A stretch of DNA of 64,000 bases from Podarcis tiliguerta. Its lineage: Eukaryota. The position numbers and the translations under genes were made by a program. This document shows, piece by piece, positions 24,950-38,400 of the stretch. The number at the start of each line of letters is the position of its first letter. Positions within the stretch are counted from its first letter, which is position 1. The stretch lies in the NCBI GenBank assembly GCA_965153285.1, contig OZ229115.1; one strand, 5' to 3'. The notes beneath the pieces were generated by a model that was not told where the DNA came from, searched no databases, and saw only the letters and a list, made by a program, of their open reading frames with translations.

Positions 24950-26360
24950 TGCGCTCGAAATAGCCTCTGGCAGCCCTTTCCGGTGTAAAACCCTCGGCTG
25001 CAGCCATGCAGGAGGTCCTTGAGTCCTCGAGCTGGCCAAGGCCAGGGCTTTCCGAAACGCTTCGGGAACTTCATCGCAGACTCCTTAAGCCCGCTCTTCC
25101 AAAGCGGAAGTTTGGACGTCTTCTTCGCGCCGGGCAATGGACGCCAACGGGGCCCCCAGTTTCTCAGCGGCCAGGGCGCTCGAGTAGGCAGATCTCGCTT
25201 AAGAGCCAAGGCAGCGAAATCCCCACTGGAAAAGTAGCTGCGAGGAAACTATCCCGCTCTGACTTTTTTTCCGGGGGGGGGGAGACTACCCCCAATTGCT
25301 TTAAAGTAAAGAAAACTGCAATTGGGGGAGGGGGATGGCGTGGAAAGTATCGACTAGTCGTGACTTCACTTGTCATTTGCCGGTGGTCGAGCGACTCTGC
25401 TCCGGAGCAAGCTCCCGCTTTCGACCAGCGGAACTAACCCCGAGGAAGTGGTTTAAAGATCTCTCTTGCCTAAAAACTTTTTAAATCATATTAATGCGAT
25501 TTCCCGTTAAGTCTCTCCTTGATATATATTCAAGATGGTCCGTATAAGTGAACCCTCCGCGACGTAATTTATATATCTAAGAGGATTTCACCGAGGCTGG
25601 CGAGGTAAAAGTTTCTGCAAATAAAACATGGCAAATGCAATGCCGGGCAGCGTGCCAGGTAGAATATGGATAGGAGGAGGGCTCACGGCAGAAAGTCTCT
25701 TCACAGAGAGACATATACCATTTCACGGTAGCAGCAGCAGCAGCAGCAGCCTATAGCACTTTTCGAAGTTCCCCTTTTAAAGAGACAATGTTGGCTTCAG
25801 CCAGATCTTCGTCTGCAATGTTTTTAATGAAGCGGGATCCTCTAAGTGTATTTGACCGCCTCTCTCCCTCTCCCCCGCCTCCCCCGCTTCTTGTTATATC
25901 TCTTTTTATACCCTCGGGACGGCGGACTTCCCCTCCTCCCCTCTGTGGGGGAATCTTCCTGAGGAAACCTTTTCGGGGGCTTGCAGCGAGGTTTGCGCCT
26001 CTTTTGAGGAGGGAAGCTTAAAGTTTATATTATGTTTGTGCCTTGCCCAGCTACACACTCGTGTGTGTGTGTATGTTTATGGGGGATCCAGAGGGCGCGC
26101 GCGGATGTGAGAGCATTTTTGTGTAGGCTTCTCTGGAGGGGGTGGGGAAGGCGAGGAAGGAGCGGATGTGCAAAGGCTCAGTGCCTGAACTTGGATGCAA
26201 CGTCTGCCTAGAGGGCGCAAACAATCATCCCACGTCCAAAAGTCTTACGAAGGGCGCCAAAACTTACTTAAGATAATATTCCTAACCACAAAGAGCTGGA
26301 AATCGTACGGCAAAGCCGTCTGCCAGCGACGGCAGCGGAGCCAAGGGCCCGATCCTGCCT
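24950..26360. promoter_or_regulatory. CpG-rich regulatory segments between the two promoters
   Basis: CpG-dense blocks at ~24950-25440 and ~25860-26360, with ETS-like cggaag motifs and no recognisable TE. Confidence 0.5.
25730..25750. repeat. (AGC)7 trinucleotide repeat
   Basis: Direct reading. Confidence 0.9.
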
Positions 26361-28619
26361 CGCTGACAAATTAGCCTTCCCCTGTCTGCTTTGTGGATTA
26401 AGGGAAATCTTAAAACATCTCCCTAAGCATTCGTAGGGATGCATATGTGTGTGCGCGCGTGTGTGTATGTATGTATATGGGATGAATACAGACACAGAGA
26501 GGATTAATATTTTATGGCACGTGAGACTGGGAAAAGGTGAAAAACATTAGTATATGTGTAAAATGATTGTGTTCTCTCTTGCTAAAACATATCCCACAGA
26601 CATTTGGGTCTTATAAAGTACCATTCCCAGCTAACTTGTCTGCCTAGTCATGCCACCATTCACACTATTCGCACAACTATGCTGTAAAGTCAGGCTGGGC
26701 TACAAGTCTGTGGCTAAAGCAGTGGTGCATTTATTGCCCTGTTCACATTCTGCTGTCAGTTTCAGGACAAACACCCCTTTCTCAGTGTTTGTAGCAGCAT
26801 CTCTGTACATTTTGAACAACTTGTGCATGGTGGCAAATGCGGTGACTGGTTGGCCTAGCCTGGTTAAGAGTAGGCACATGCAGGACTATCTGGTGACTGC
26901 TATGTGCTGAATTGGTTGTGGGAGCAGGCAGTATGTATACAATATGTAGGGAGCACAAAGGAGGTCAAGGTATGACTACCATTGGACCACCAGCTACTCT
27001 TGGGAGAGAGGGGCAGATGAGTAAATAAAGGAAAGACATAGCATGCTAGGGAACAAATTGAAAGTCGTAAATCATAAGTGAGGTTTTTTTAAAAAAAAAT
27101 AATCAGTACTTTAGTCACTTCTTTTTCCTCAGTGTTTTAGCTTTTTGTAAGACTGTCAGCCAGAAAGTTCTGTCAAGGAAACTTGGAAAGCTGAGAGATC
27201 CCAGAAAATGTTTAGTTGGGTGTGTTTCCATGTCATTATATCACTGACAGGTATTGGGCCATTCTTTTTATTCTTTTTTTAAAAGGTATGAATGAAAACT
27301 GAAGGTCATTTTGCACTTAGCTTAGACATCTGCAATCCACAAATGATAATTTTAGTGAAGCACTCAACTTGGGAAAAGGAAGGGCCTCCAGGAGATAAAA
27401 GTGATATAGCAACTTAGGCCTCCTCCCTTAATAGCCTTGGGCAATGTATTTTCCTCTAAAAGTCCTTGCAGTATTTTAAAACATTCTTAAATTCGAAACA
27501 CCTAGATCTCTGGTCCACATCAGAAGTCATGCATGCTGAATGTGGTATGTCTTGTGGTATTCTCTTCCTCTTTATGTCTTTTTTTTTTTTTAAATTATGA
27601 ATGGTTGTGGATATGCAAGTGTCTGAAAGCTGCAGCATTTGGGGAAATGAAAGAAAGACTAGAGGATGCCACTTAGGAGACTGAAGAAAGACTAGAGAGA
27701 AAATGTAAGACTCAATAAAAGAAAAGTTGTCTGACTGGAAACTTTCCAAACCCCCAAAACCAAACCTTTCTTGTGCCAAAACAATGCATTATAAGATAAA
27801 TAAAGGACAGAAGGCTCAATTCAAAGTTGAGCAACTTTAAGTAGTAACTTTATTGCTTGAGGGTTGCAGTGCAGTTTTGAAGCTGTGCATTATTAGTAAA
27901 ATAAGCATCCTTGGCTATAAAGTGCCCTGAGTTTTGTTTTTTAACCGACATTCATATGCCAAGAGCTTGAAAGTGGCTCTGCTCTCGGCTGGTGATCATG
28001 CTCTCATACAAAGCAGTCCATACAAATATATCCACAATTATTAGAAGCCGCACACTTAATGCCTTATTAGCCTTCATATTTAAACAAAACAATGTAGAAA
28101 GCCCCACCCATTAGAGCTTTACTTGGGGACACGATTTCTGGGAAAGCAATTTGCAAAGTTTCAAATCCACAGTGCGCCACGACTTGTCTGCCAGCCCTTA
28201 GAAAAATGCTCTGTATCTGTATCTATATGCTTTCTATGGGTGCTACTGCTACTGTAAGATTTCGGAAAGTCTCTTTCCGCATGAGACGAATGGCGAAAGT
28301 TTAGTCCAAAGTCCTTAAGACGATCTCCTTGAAGGTCTTGTGGATGAGGGTGGGGGTGGGGAGAGAAGTGGGGGTGGGGGAGAGCGAGAGCGTTCGTGGA
28401 GGGGGAGGGGAGCGCGAAAGCGGCAGAAATATGGAAAAGTAGTTTTGTTTGCTTAAGCACATCCTGCAGAGCCTCTCGCCGCTCGGGAGCCCTGCCTGCA
28501 AACGGCTCCTGCTGCCTGCGCTACCCAGTAATGCACTGAGAGCCTGGGATCGGGGATCGGGAGGGCTGGCCGAGCAGTAGCACCGCAGCCCCCCTCCCCC
28601 GGGCAAGGCAGCGAGCGAG

Positions 28620-28643
28620 CTGCTGCTGCTGCTGCTGCTGCTG
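28620..28643. repeat. (CTG)8 repeat in the NFIA promoter island
   Basis: Direct reading. Confidence 0.95.
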
Positions 28644-28915
28644 GCGGAGCGGTGCAGAGCGGAGCAGCAGCAGGAGCAGGAGGCGCGCGGGCAGGTTCCC
28701 GGGGAAGCTGGAGGGAGCCGGGCGCTGTCGAGAGGCTGCCCGGGCTGCGAGCGCGGGGGGAAGTGCGCGCTATGCCTTTAACGCCCGGGCACAGGAGACA
28801 TGTCTAGCGTGTAGGCTAGGGAAACTCTAGGCGGGGTTAAAGTTCAGCTCATGGAGCTGATCAGCGCTGCTGGCTGCAGTTGAGCAGAGTTGGAAATGTG
28901 AAAGCAAGAAGCAGG

Positions 28916-29044
28916 NNNNNNNNNNNNNNNNNNNNNNNNNNNNNNNNNNNNNNNNNNNNNNNNNNNNNNNNNNNNNNNNNNNNNNNNNNNNNNNNNNNNN
29001 NNNNNNNNNNNNNNNNNNNNNNNNNNNNNNNNNNNNNNNNNNNN
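28916..29044. other. Assembly gap (129 N) within the NFIA 5'UTR
   Basis: Run of N ending 20 bp before the start codon. Confidence 0.99.
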
Positions 29045-29064
29045 CAAACCCCCCCGCAGCAACC

Positions 29065-29091
29065 ATGTATTCTCCTCTCTGTCTTACCCAG
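29065..29091 (+). CDS. NFIA: NFIA coding exon 1 (MYSPLCLTQ), phase-0 donor
   Basis: aaccATG TAT TCT CCT CTC TGT CTT ACC CAG|gtaaga. MYSPLCLTQ is the characteristic NFIA N-terminus. It lies in a CpG island and splices in frame to DEFHPF at 34910. Confidence 0.97.
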
Positions 29092-31252
29092 GTAAGAAGC
29101 TTCTTCGGATTCATTGGGGGGGGCGAGGAGGAGGGCAAGGGGCTTCTCTGTCTGTCTGTCTGTCTGCTCGTCTGTCTGTCTTGGCCGGGGGTTCGGGGGA
29201 GCCTGGCGGCGGGAAGGGGGCGCAGAGGGCGGGAGGGCGAAATCCCGCGGGCGGAAAGTAACTTTTCTTTCCCACTCGCTTGCATTCCTGCTCTTGCACG
29301 GCCATTTGTAGCGACACATGGCTAATGGCGCCTCGTTATTAAGGGTTTAATTAATATTGGGGTGCGCAGACGTCCCTGCCGGAGGGAAGGGGGATCTGGC
29401 GGAGGCGGCCGGAGGGGGTCGCGCCGAAATCCCGTGTGTGCGTGTTCGTGTGCGCGCGTTCGAGGACGATCTGCACGTGTTTCGCAGTCGTGCAACCCCA
29501 TTACATGCTTGGTCATCTGAAATCAATACTCACTGTTTGTGCTTCCGAGGCGACGAATGCATGCAAATGGAGCAACACACGACACAGATACAGTTAGATG
29601 CTTTCTGTTTTGTTTTTAAAGTGTAGCATTGAGTAGCTGCGTGCTGCATGCATCTCTCTCCCCCCTCCCCATTGCTCGAGCTGCATTGCTATACCTCCCC
29701 AAACTCCTCGCACACTTTTTGTTCAGCAGCCTCGAATTTGTGTGGCTGGTGCTTTTGCAGCGGCTCCCTCGGTTTGAGTCTCAGGCGGAGACGTAGTGCC
29801 AGAGAGAGATGCATTGCACCTATGCCCAGGGCTCTGGCCCTTCCAGACATTGCACGGGGTTTTTTGCACGGCTAGCTGGATGTTTCAGGAACCCCCGGGC
29901 GTTTCTTAGCCGGAGCCCCTCGTTGCTGCTGCTTCGGTTCCTGCTGCAGCGCCTCCTGCAGCGCCTGCCCTCCCGCTCCTCTCGTGCACCAAACCCAGCT
30001 CGGGATCCTCGGCGGGCACTGCAGCCCTTGCATGTCCCTGCCCAGCGATCCCAGCCCAGAGCTGCCTCCCCGGCTGCCTCCAGTGCGCCTTGTCACTTGC
30101 TCGGGTGTCACGTTCGCCTGGGGTTGTTTCCTTTGGGAAGTTGGACTTGCAACGTCCTGCTTGCAGAAAGGGGAGGCGGGGAAGGCAGTTTCTTCTCGCA
30201 TAAAGTTGCTCGACCCCTTTTGTTTGCAACGCAGCAGCTCTTAAGTTCTTCGTGGGCTGGCAATAATTTCGGACCTGATTCCCACCCTACCACCCCCACC
30301 TCGCACCCACCTCTCCAGATCCCGTTCCGATTACACTGCTCTGAATCGGAAGGGTTCTGTTCCTGACGCCTATGCAACACATGGGAAACTGCTCCCTAAG
30401 ACTTCGGACAACTTTCCTTTCTAACCTCAAACACGATCCTACCCACCCCCGCGTGGTGCCCCCCCCCCCCCGCCAAAGAAAACTTTAGGGCAGCGCCAAA
30501 TCTTCAGATAACAGTCACACACCCTATCTTCTTTCTCGGATTTATTTCCACAATTTAGAAACATAGCCCCAATATGTATTCATATATATATATATACGTG
30601 TGTGTGCCTTCCCTTTCCCTTCTCTTTCTGCAACTCAGTAATCTTTGTTGGAAGTTTGTTGCCTCCCAGTCTTACACGGTGAAAGTTTCTAGAGGATTTA
30701 GATAAAGTTCTTTCATTACCATTTCAAGACGTCTTTCTGGCACAGAGTGCTGCTACCCACCTTCAATTAGCAGGATGTGATGATGATTTTGGGGTGAAAC
30801 ACTTGGGGACCCAAGCGTCCAATATTATTTCCTGCCTTTGTATGGGTTTTGAAGTGCATGTGTGGGTTCCTTTTAAAAGAGGGCTTCACAGTGGATTTTG
30901 CAAGATGACCAAGTAAATGCTTAGGTGTGGATAACTCAGTCACTGAAAGAACCTCGCTGCCTAACCTGTAATCCATGAACTTGCAACCAGAATTGGTACA
31001 CAATGCAGCTTAACTATGTTAACAACCTCAAAGTCGATTATAGGCAGATGCCACAAACATACACTGGAATGTGTTTGGAGCTTCTGTACATCGTCCGAAG
31101 ACTAGATCTAGTGAAAAGTTTTGTCTTACTTCATGGAGAACTCAACCCAGTTATCCCCCCCCCTTTGATTTATTTACACAGGGTAGTACAGATCTCCCAC
31201 TCTTTAAAACATATGCATACACCTACCTCAAGCTGCCCACTCTCCCCCTCAC

Positions 31253-31253
<1 letters not shown>

Positions 31254-31281
<28 letters not shown>
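31254..31281. repeat. (CA)n microsatellite
   Basis: Direct reading. Confidence 0.95.
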
Positions 31282-31283
<2 letters not shown>

Positions 31284-34200
31284 GTATGCATACTGTATCT
31301 GGGTATTCTGGTTTTTAGTAGGCCCAATCATACAGCATGCAGATTTCAGATAGTTATAGCACATATAAAAAGGAAATCTTAACATAAGAGACATTCTGCT
31401 GCAAAGCGCTCTGCATTCTCATTTCACATTTGGAAATAGCGTCTAGGTATTCAAAGGCGTCTTTATACAACCCACCAAGAGTGTTTCGAATATAGAACTA
31501 GATACATATAAACCATAAGTTATACTATTAGGAAAGGCTTAAGTAGTTGTATTAGCGTTTCAAAACCCTTGTCTCCTTTAAATTTGTCTAGTATGATTTA
31601 AAACATAATCATAAAGCACATATACCCGGCTAATGGAGCTGGAAGACTAGGACAAAGTACCTGTTAAAGGGTTATCTACTCCGTGGCCCCCTCCACACCA
31701 CTATAGGTGATTTACCTACTTGCTGTTTATCTGACATTGTCCTGGCTTTACATTAACAGCTCATCATAGATGTGCAGGCAAATATACGTTGGCCTATGGT
31801 TTATTAAAGTATTGATGCTTTGAGAGTTTATAGAGCTGACTAACTTTCAAACGGAGCAGTGCAAATGTGTTTCCAAAGATTGCTATAATGTTGCATGCTT
31901 TTATTTGTAGAGGGGCTCAGATTATTTTTCCGGTCGCCTTTTCTCATTTACAAATATACACCAATTTTGTTGTTGTTCTGTGAGCCAAACTTTAGCTGTG
32001 CAGTTGTGGCAATGTGCTTGTTGAAGCGCAATACTTACGAGCCGCAGAAAGGATTTATAAACTCACTTTTGTTATCTCCTCTTACCCAGCCCCGGCAAAT
32101 AATAATGGAAGATGCATATGCTCTTTTTAAAGCAATCTTCCTTGTTCAAAATGCAACTTACTAAACTTTATGAGAAGTTTTGGTTCTAATCCTAACTTAG
32201 GACAAAGACCCCATTACCACTTTTTGAATTGGCTACTTTTAATCTTTTAAAGTGATTATGCACACATACCTGGACATTTCTTAAATTCACCAGGAAAACC
32301 TTGGTAATTGAAGAAACCGTAATGTAACATAAAATATAAAGCTGTAATTCATCTCAGTTGTTGGATTTATATTATTGCTCCTTTTCTAATACCTTCACAG
32401 TGAGATTTTGGAGGCTGTCTTTTTAAAAAGGGTATATTTGTACATGAGGTAGAATTATTTTGAAAAAGCAGTAAACCTTCCATCTACAATCTTGACAAAT
32501 CCTATTTGCTTAACAGTCCTTATATCAGCAATGATGGACCTCTTCACTGTATCATTATTTCAAGGCCATTTGGTGGTTTTTGAAGCTTTTACATAAATCT
32601 TTTAGCTATTTTTTACCTTTTTCAACCATGCGCTATTGACTCGGCTTTACAATAGAATAAAAGAAGTATAGTTGGGAAGGAGTTCAAGTTAGAGCCAGGA
32701 AGGACTGCGAGCATGCAAGGTTAGTTAATAAAATGTAGAAAATAGTTTTAAGGATAAAGCCAATATCTGAAGTGATCATTTATTTTGCAGTGAATTACTT
32801 TAGCAAATGTTTTATACAGCATAGAAGATAAAACATTATAAAAGGCCCCATTTGTGATGCTGTTGACTATTCTGAACTGTGTCTCTGTGTGCGTGTGGAA
32901 AAGGCCTCGGTGTGTTGTATCCTGCGTAATAGTTTACTTTGCTGTTAGTGGCAGCCTCTATTAGTGATACATTTGGTGTGTGTGTGTTTTTTTTTAAAGT
33001 TCATTTTTGAAAATGCAAATAAGCATTCTGCCTTTGATCTACTGCTGTTGAAACTGCTATTCTCCCAATATGTCTTTTGTACTTCTTTGACATATAAAGC
33101 TGGGTTGTTTCAAGGGAGGGTCAGAAATCATCATTTTGTGAAATGTCTATTTTATATATTAGACCCAGCTAAACATTCACGCAAATGCCTATCCCTTCCA
33201 TTCCCAGCAATATGTTTTGGCCCCTTTATGTACTTTCCAAGAATCTTTTCTACTGAAATATGTAACAAATTGTCATTTGTCTGTTATATTTTAGATACAG
33301 TATACAGCAATTAACCATTTGCGATCCAGAGAGGCCCACAGTTTTTAGAATCATTTGGGCACTTTTTCTTTCTTTCACACCTGTATTTAATTGAGCAGAA
33401 AAGAGACCTTGCAAAGCGTTAAATAGAGATGCTTCTTTTTAAAAAAAAAATTATGAAATTATTTTGGTAACGGTTATAGTAACATATTTCATAAATTAAG
33501 GAATTGCACGAAAAAATAAGTTGCCAACTTCTTTGCTACATAAGTATGTGTACTTTTATGCATAGGAGAAAATCCATGTTTATAAAAACATATGTTGACA
33601 GTGATAGCACCTCTTCCAAATGCATGCCAGTTTCAGTAGGAGAAATAATCACATTTCACAGCTGTGTGTTTACAGGATCAGATATTTTAATAGCATATGT
33701 TTTTCTATAGGTACTTCCATAACTAATTGCATGCATATAAATAATATACATAATGATTATAATACATTTCCAATGACCTGTATGGCCTTTGCAGCATTTG
33801 CAGTGTGCACACCTTTATTTAAAAGTTTGATCCATGACCTCTCTTTCAATATGTTCATTGACGTGGGAGAAACGTTTAAATGTCTTTTTCTATTTTTATA
33901 AAAGGGTAAATTAAAGTAATACGTATAATGTCAATGATTTATTATCCACATTTTATTACACTGTACAAATCTAGGTGTTTTATTTAATAGCTTTCTAGAT
34001 CTGTATACAAACTTTCTAGCTTTCAGGGTTCTTTTTATCATTTAAACAAACTTATGTAAAAGAGAATTGTACTCGCGATGTGTTGTATACAGTTTTTGTT
34101 TTATATATAAAGATCAGAGAAACCTTTCAGAATTCCACATTTTGAGGGTTTTATTGCATAGGTTTATAAAATGTGATAGCATTTTATGTTTCCTTACTAT

Positions 34201-34555
34201 TAAAATAATCATATATTCGATTCTATTTACATAATCCTAATTTGAAATTCTGTTACATTACAGGTCGATACTTTAAAATATATTTTAGGAAAAGTTTGTA
34301 CTGTACATCAGGTTTGACATACCAGTGCTAATTGGCATCCAGATGTTTAGGTTTTGCCAAATCGGTGGGCATATGCTACAATGGCCGCACCATTCACAGA
34401 AGGGTCACGGAAAGAGCAAAGAAATATATCCCTGCTTTCAGTTGGGATTAAGATCACAAAAAAACTTATTGCCAACCTCAGGTTACTGATTCTGGACTTG
34501 TCTATTGACTTAAAGCGAACTATTGTAAAGTCAGTGGTTTCAGGCTTATACCCTT

Positions 34556-34645
34556 ACATCCTGATCCGAAGTACATTTGCTTAGAAGTCCATCCCATGGA
34601 TTTTAGGAGGACTTATTTCTGAGCGAATGTGATTAGGATTGCCAT
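34556..34645. repeat. Short (~90 bp) imperfect-palindrome interspersed repeat
   Basis: Matches the recurrent motif atcc..catgt.tactcagaagtaagtccca...gggacttactccc...taggattgc. Also seen at ~1340-1425, 4560-4640, 9950-10030, 10320-10395, 22480-22562, 24325-24385, 38726-38813 and 39555-39630. Confidence 0.55.
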
Positions 34646-34870
34646 GCCAGGATGTTTTCAACACTTGTGTTTACGTGGTTTTGCCTTATTATGTTTTTTC
34701 TGAATGAGGCCTAGTGACTACAGAAAATTGGGTTATTGGATATGTTTATGATTTTACCTGGTGTATCCACTACAATGATTTGGTCCTCCCTGTGTGCTGA
34801 TGACTTAAAATTGCCTGCTTGTAAGTTATGACGACTATTAGTGAAACAAACAAAGCTTTTGCGATGCTAA

Positions 34871-35473
<603 letters not shown>

Positions 35474-38400
35474 TAATGACTTTTTCAACCAAACGATTAG
35501 GCTAATCTGTGCTTGCATCCACCATGCTGGTTGGCAGCGTGGCTGTGATAGTGGTTGAAGTTTAACCAGTAGTGGAGAGGATATAGACATCTTGTGTTGT
35601 ATTGCAAAGCTGTTAATAAAAGGTGATTGCAAAAACATGAGGGTTTTTTTACATTGTAACCTAACATTCTGCCTTTTTGAAGCTTTTTCATAAGGACGGA
35701 ACTGTAGTATGAAGATGGAGACTGTATGTACAAAATATTTCTAGGCCTGGTTAAAGATTGGAAATGAGGGTACTGTGTATTTCTGAGTGATTATTTTGCT
35801 CAATATGTTCAAAGTTCACTATTTTGTGAGGAAATCAGTAATAACTATAAAAAAACTTACAAGCCCAATCTGTAATACAGTATGGTTAAATATCCAAAAT
35901 TTGGCCGCCTTAAGAAAAAACACTGAGCACGCAGTGATGCCTCCTCACAGATACACAAACTGTCAATTTTAATTGCCATTGGTAAGAAAACACCTGCCTA
36001 ATGAAAGAGGGGGAAACAAAAAGTTCCTGGTAACCTCCGCCTGTGGGTAGAATATTATTGCTTTTAAAGGATGGGTTGCTAGTTTAACACGTGAGATTCA
36101 GGAAAATGGATCATACATTGTTTGCAACTGTACTTCTGGCTGTGACTATCATATACCTGCCACTAGTAACAGATAAGTGCTGTTACTGATCAAGACAGTG
36201 TGCATTTTCCCGTAACCTTGTTTTAGTCAAATTCATAGTTTCTCAGTAATTAGGCCTAGCAGTTTCAAAGCAAGCCACTTGTCTCTCTGTGACTCAGACA
36301 TTTCAATATTTCAGTTTGGATCAGATTGGAGAGGAAATTTAATAAGCTTAACAGTTTTAATTTGATCTAGCATTTTTAGGTGCTAGGTACATTGGTGGCT
36401 GTTGGATGGCCTTATGGAAAATGGTAATTGGTCTTTGTTGTGTGACATCTTGTCATTTAGTAATGTTGTTGAAATCATTGGCATGTATGATTATGAAGAG
36501 GTTTTGTGCTTTTCTCCTAGAAAGGATGGCTTGCTTTAAGTTTGCAGATATACGTGATCCTGTTATTTGCATTGTGTACTTAAGCTGAGTGACACGTCCA
36601 AAAATATTGGTGAATATGCGATGTGTTTCTGAAGTGCTGTGGTGTGGATGCTTTTTCATTTATTTTTTAAAAGAATAAATACCAGTGTTCAATTTGTTAA
36701 TTAAGAACTGCCTATGATAGACTGTAGACCCAACTTCATTGTAGGATTTTCTGTGAGACTTTATGGAAAGCTGATGAATCAGTTAAAGATTTAAAATATG
36801 GATGCTTTCATTAAAAAATGTTTGGTGCTAACAGCATGTTGCAAACTATCTTCATACATCTGTTGACTCAGGACATGCATTGTAGATTGATTTTTAAAAT
36901 AATCCATGGCAGTTAATTGAAAGTAGTTGTTATATTGATTACAAATACTCATAGTATCACCTTAACAAAGTTACTGTTATATATTAATGCAATCAGACAT
37001 AATATAATCAATTGCTTCCATTATGGAATATATATCTGGCAATATTCTGTGGTACGGTTGTGTTGCTATGCTAACAATAGAGCCTAGTAAATTTGGTAAT
37101 GTTCACCTTTGTGAGCTTTGACTCTTTTTAAGGATGCCAATGGTATTTTCATATATAGGTAAACTGCTTTTGGGGGAGTATTCGTGTTTGCAGATCCTTA
37201 TAAAATGTGTTTTTTTGCATCTTAACTTACTTTTTCCGCAGGTGTAATATATCACACTCTTTTTCAGTTCGTTTGTGTTGTAGAAAATATTTCAATGACG
37301 CTGTGTATTTGAGAACGTAGTAACAATTTGCATTACGATCGGACAACCTTCATTGGGGGTAATGGTTGTAGTTTCTTTCTTTTTTGCGCTGATGTATCCC
37401 AGACTCCTTTGTTAAACCTGAACGTTGGCCAAGTTAATAGTGATTGGCTCTTGCAGAGCTGCAGTAATGGCAACTTGTACTGTATGCGCAACAAGAGCAT
37501 TTCAGAAGAAAATCTTAAAGGCCCTTTGTCTTCAGATCAACCTGATTTGCTTTAAAAGATTTACTGACCTTATAGTTATGCTGCGATAGTTGCCAATAAA
37601 AATGTATAAAATAATAGGCAGGTTGATCAACGTATATACAGCTGAGCTGAGGAGCGTCTTCTATATCCCCAAAGGTCTGCAAACAGAAAATGTTTCTTTC
37701 TACTTAAAAGTTTTGAGAAGTTGCCAGTGTTGGCAAGAGGTTCAGACTCCAAAACGTGCTTTCAGATATTTGCCAAAACCATTGTGGCCTTTTCACTCAG
37801 AGTGCTATTATTTCGTGTACTGTTCCAAGATACTTTAATTCCTGATGATTTCTGCAGTATTATGTCCCTTTCCTTCTTAAATATGTATTTATAACAATTG
37901 TGTGGAGGACTCTTTCCCTCCTTCTTCTTTGCCCCCTCCTTGTGCCAGGACATAGTCATTTGCAAGAAAATCATGTGCTCAAATCTAAACAATGCTCCTG
38001 CTTGCGAAGTAAGTCTGAGCCACAAAAACAAACTATTCTCCTAAGGAAATCATGTAGAAACAGGGATGTAAAATTTGACAATTATGTGAACTAGCTTGCA
38101 AAAATTGAAAGAAAACTGTGAATAAAAGAATTTATGAGCAAAGAGGTGGCTAAAGTACACTGAAATTAAAACATTGGTTTCAATTCGGAGTTTTAGCTTT
38201 CTTTTTTTAAGGCCATCAAAATACAGTAGTGCTACCTTTAACTTTGGATTGCTTTCCCCCTCTTAGTTCTCTAGCCCATGTATCAAATGACAACTTGGAA
38301 ACTGTTGTGACAAACAGTATTCTTTGTGGGAGTATAATACCAAAGTAAATTTATGACCAGCCCTTTACCAGATGATCTGTATCAGAATCTGCAATATACT

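Larger units (their letters stand above)
28380..30370 (+). promoter_or_regulatory. NFIA: Main NFIA CpG-island promoter / 5'UTR / proximal intron 1
   Basis: High GC and CpG density around exon 1, GC-box-like gggcgg/ggcggg motifs, and a 5'UTR-like segment (ggaaactctaggcggggttaaagttcagctcatggag...gcaagaagcagg) running into the gap. TSS not determinable. Confidence 0.85.

Noticed and set aside
25635-25664. Possible additional first exon MQCRAACQ|gtagaa, in frame with exon 2
   Set aside because: Weak donor (GTAGAA), an out-of-frame ATG in better context just upstream, and no other support.
25791-25804. Full NFI palindrome (autoregulatory site) ttggcttcagccag
   Set aside because: The spacer is 4 nt, whereas NFI requires TTGGC-N5-GCCAA. 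I found no perfect full site by eye.
22545-30380. Many Pro/Arg/Gly-rich ORFs in the CpG islands
   Set aside because: Expected from high GC content. No domain similarity or splice-supported structure apart from the NFIA first exons.
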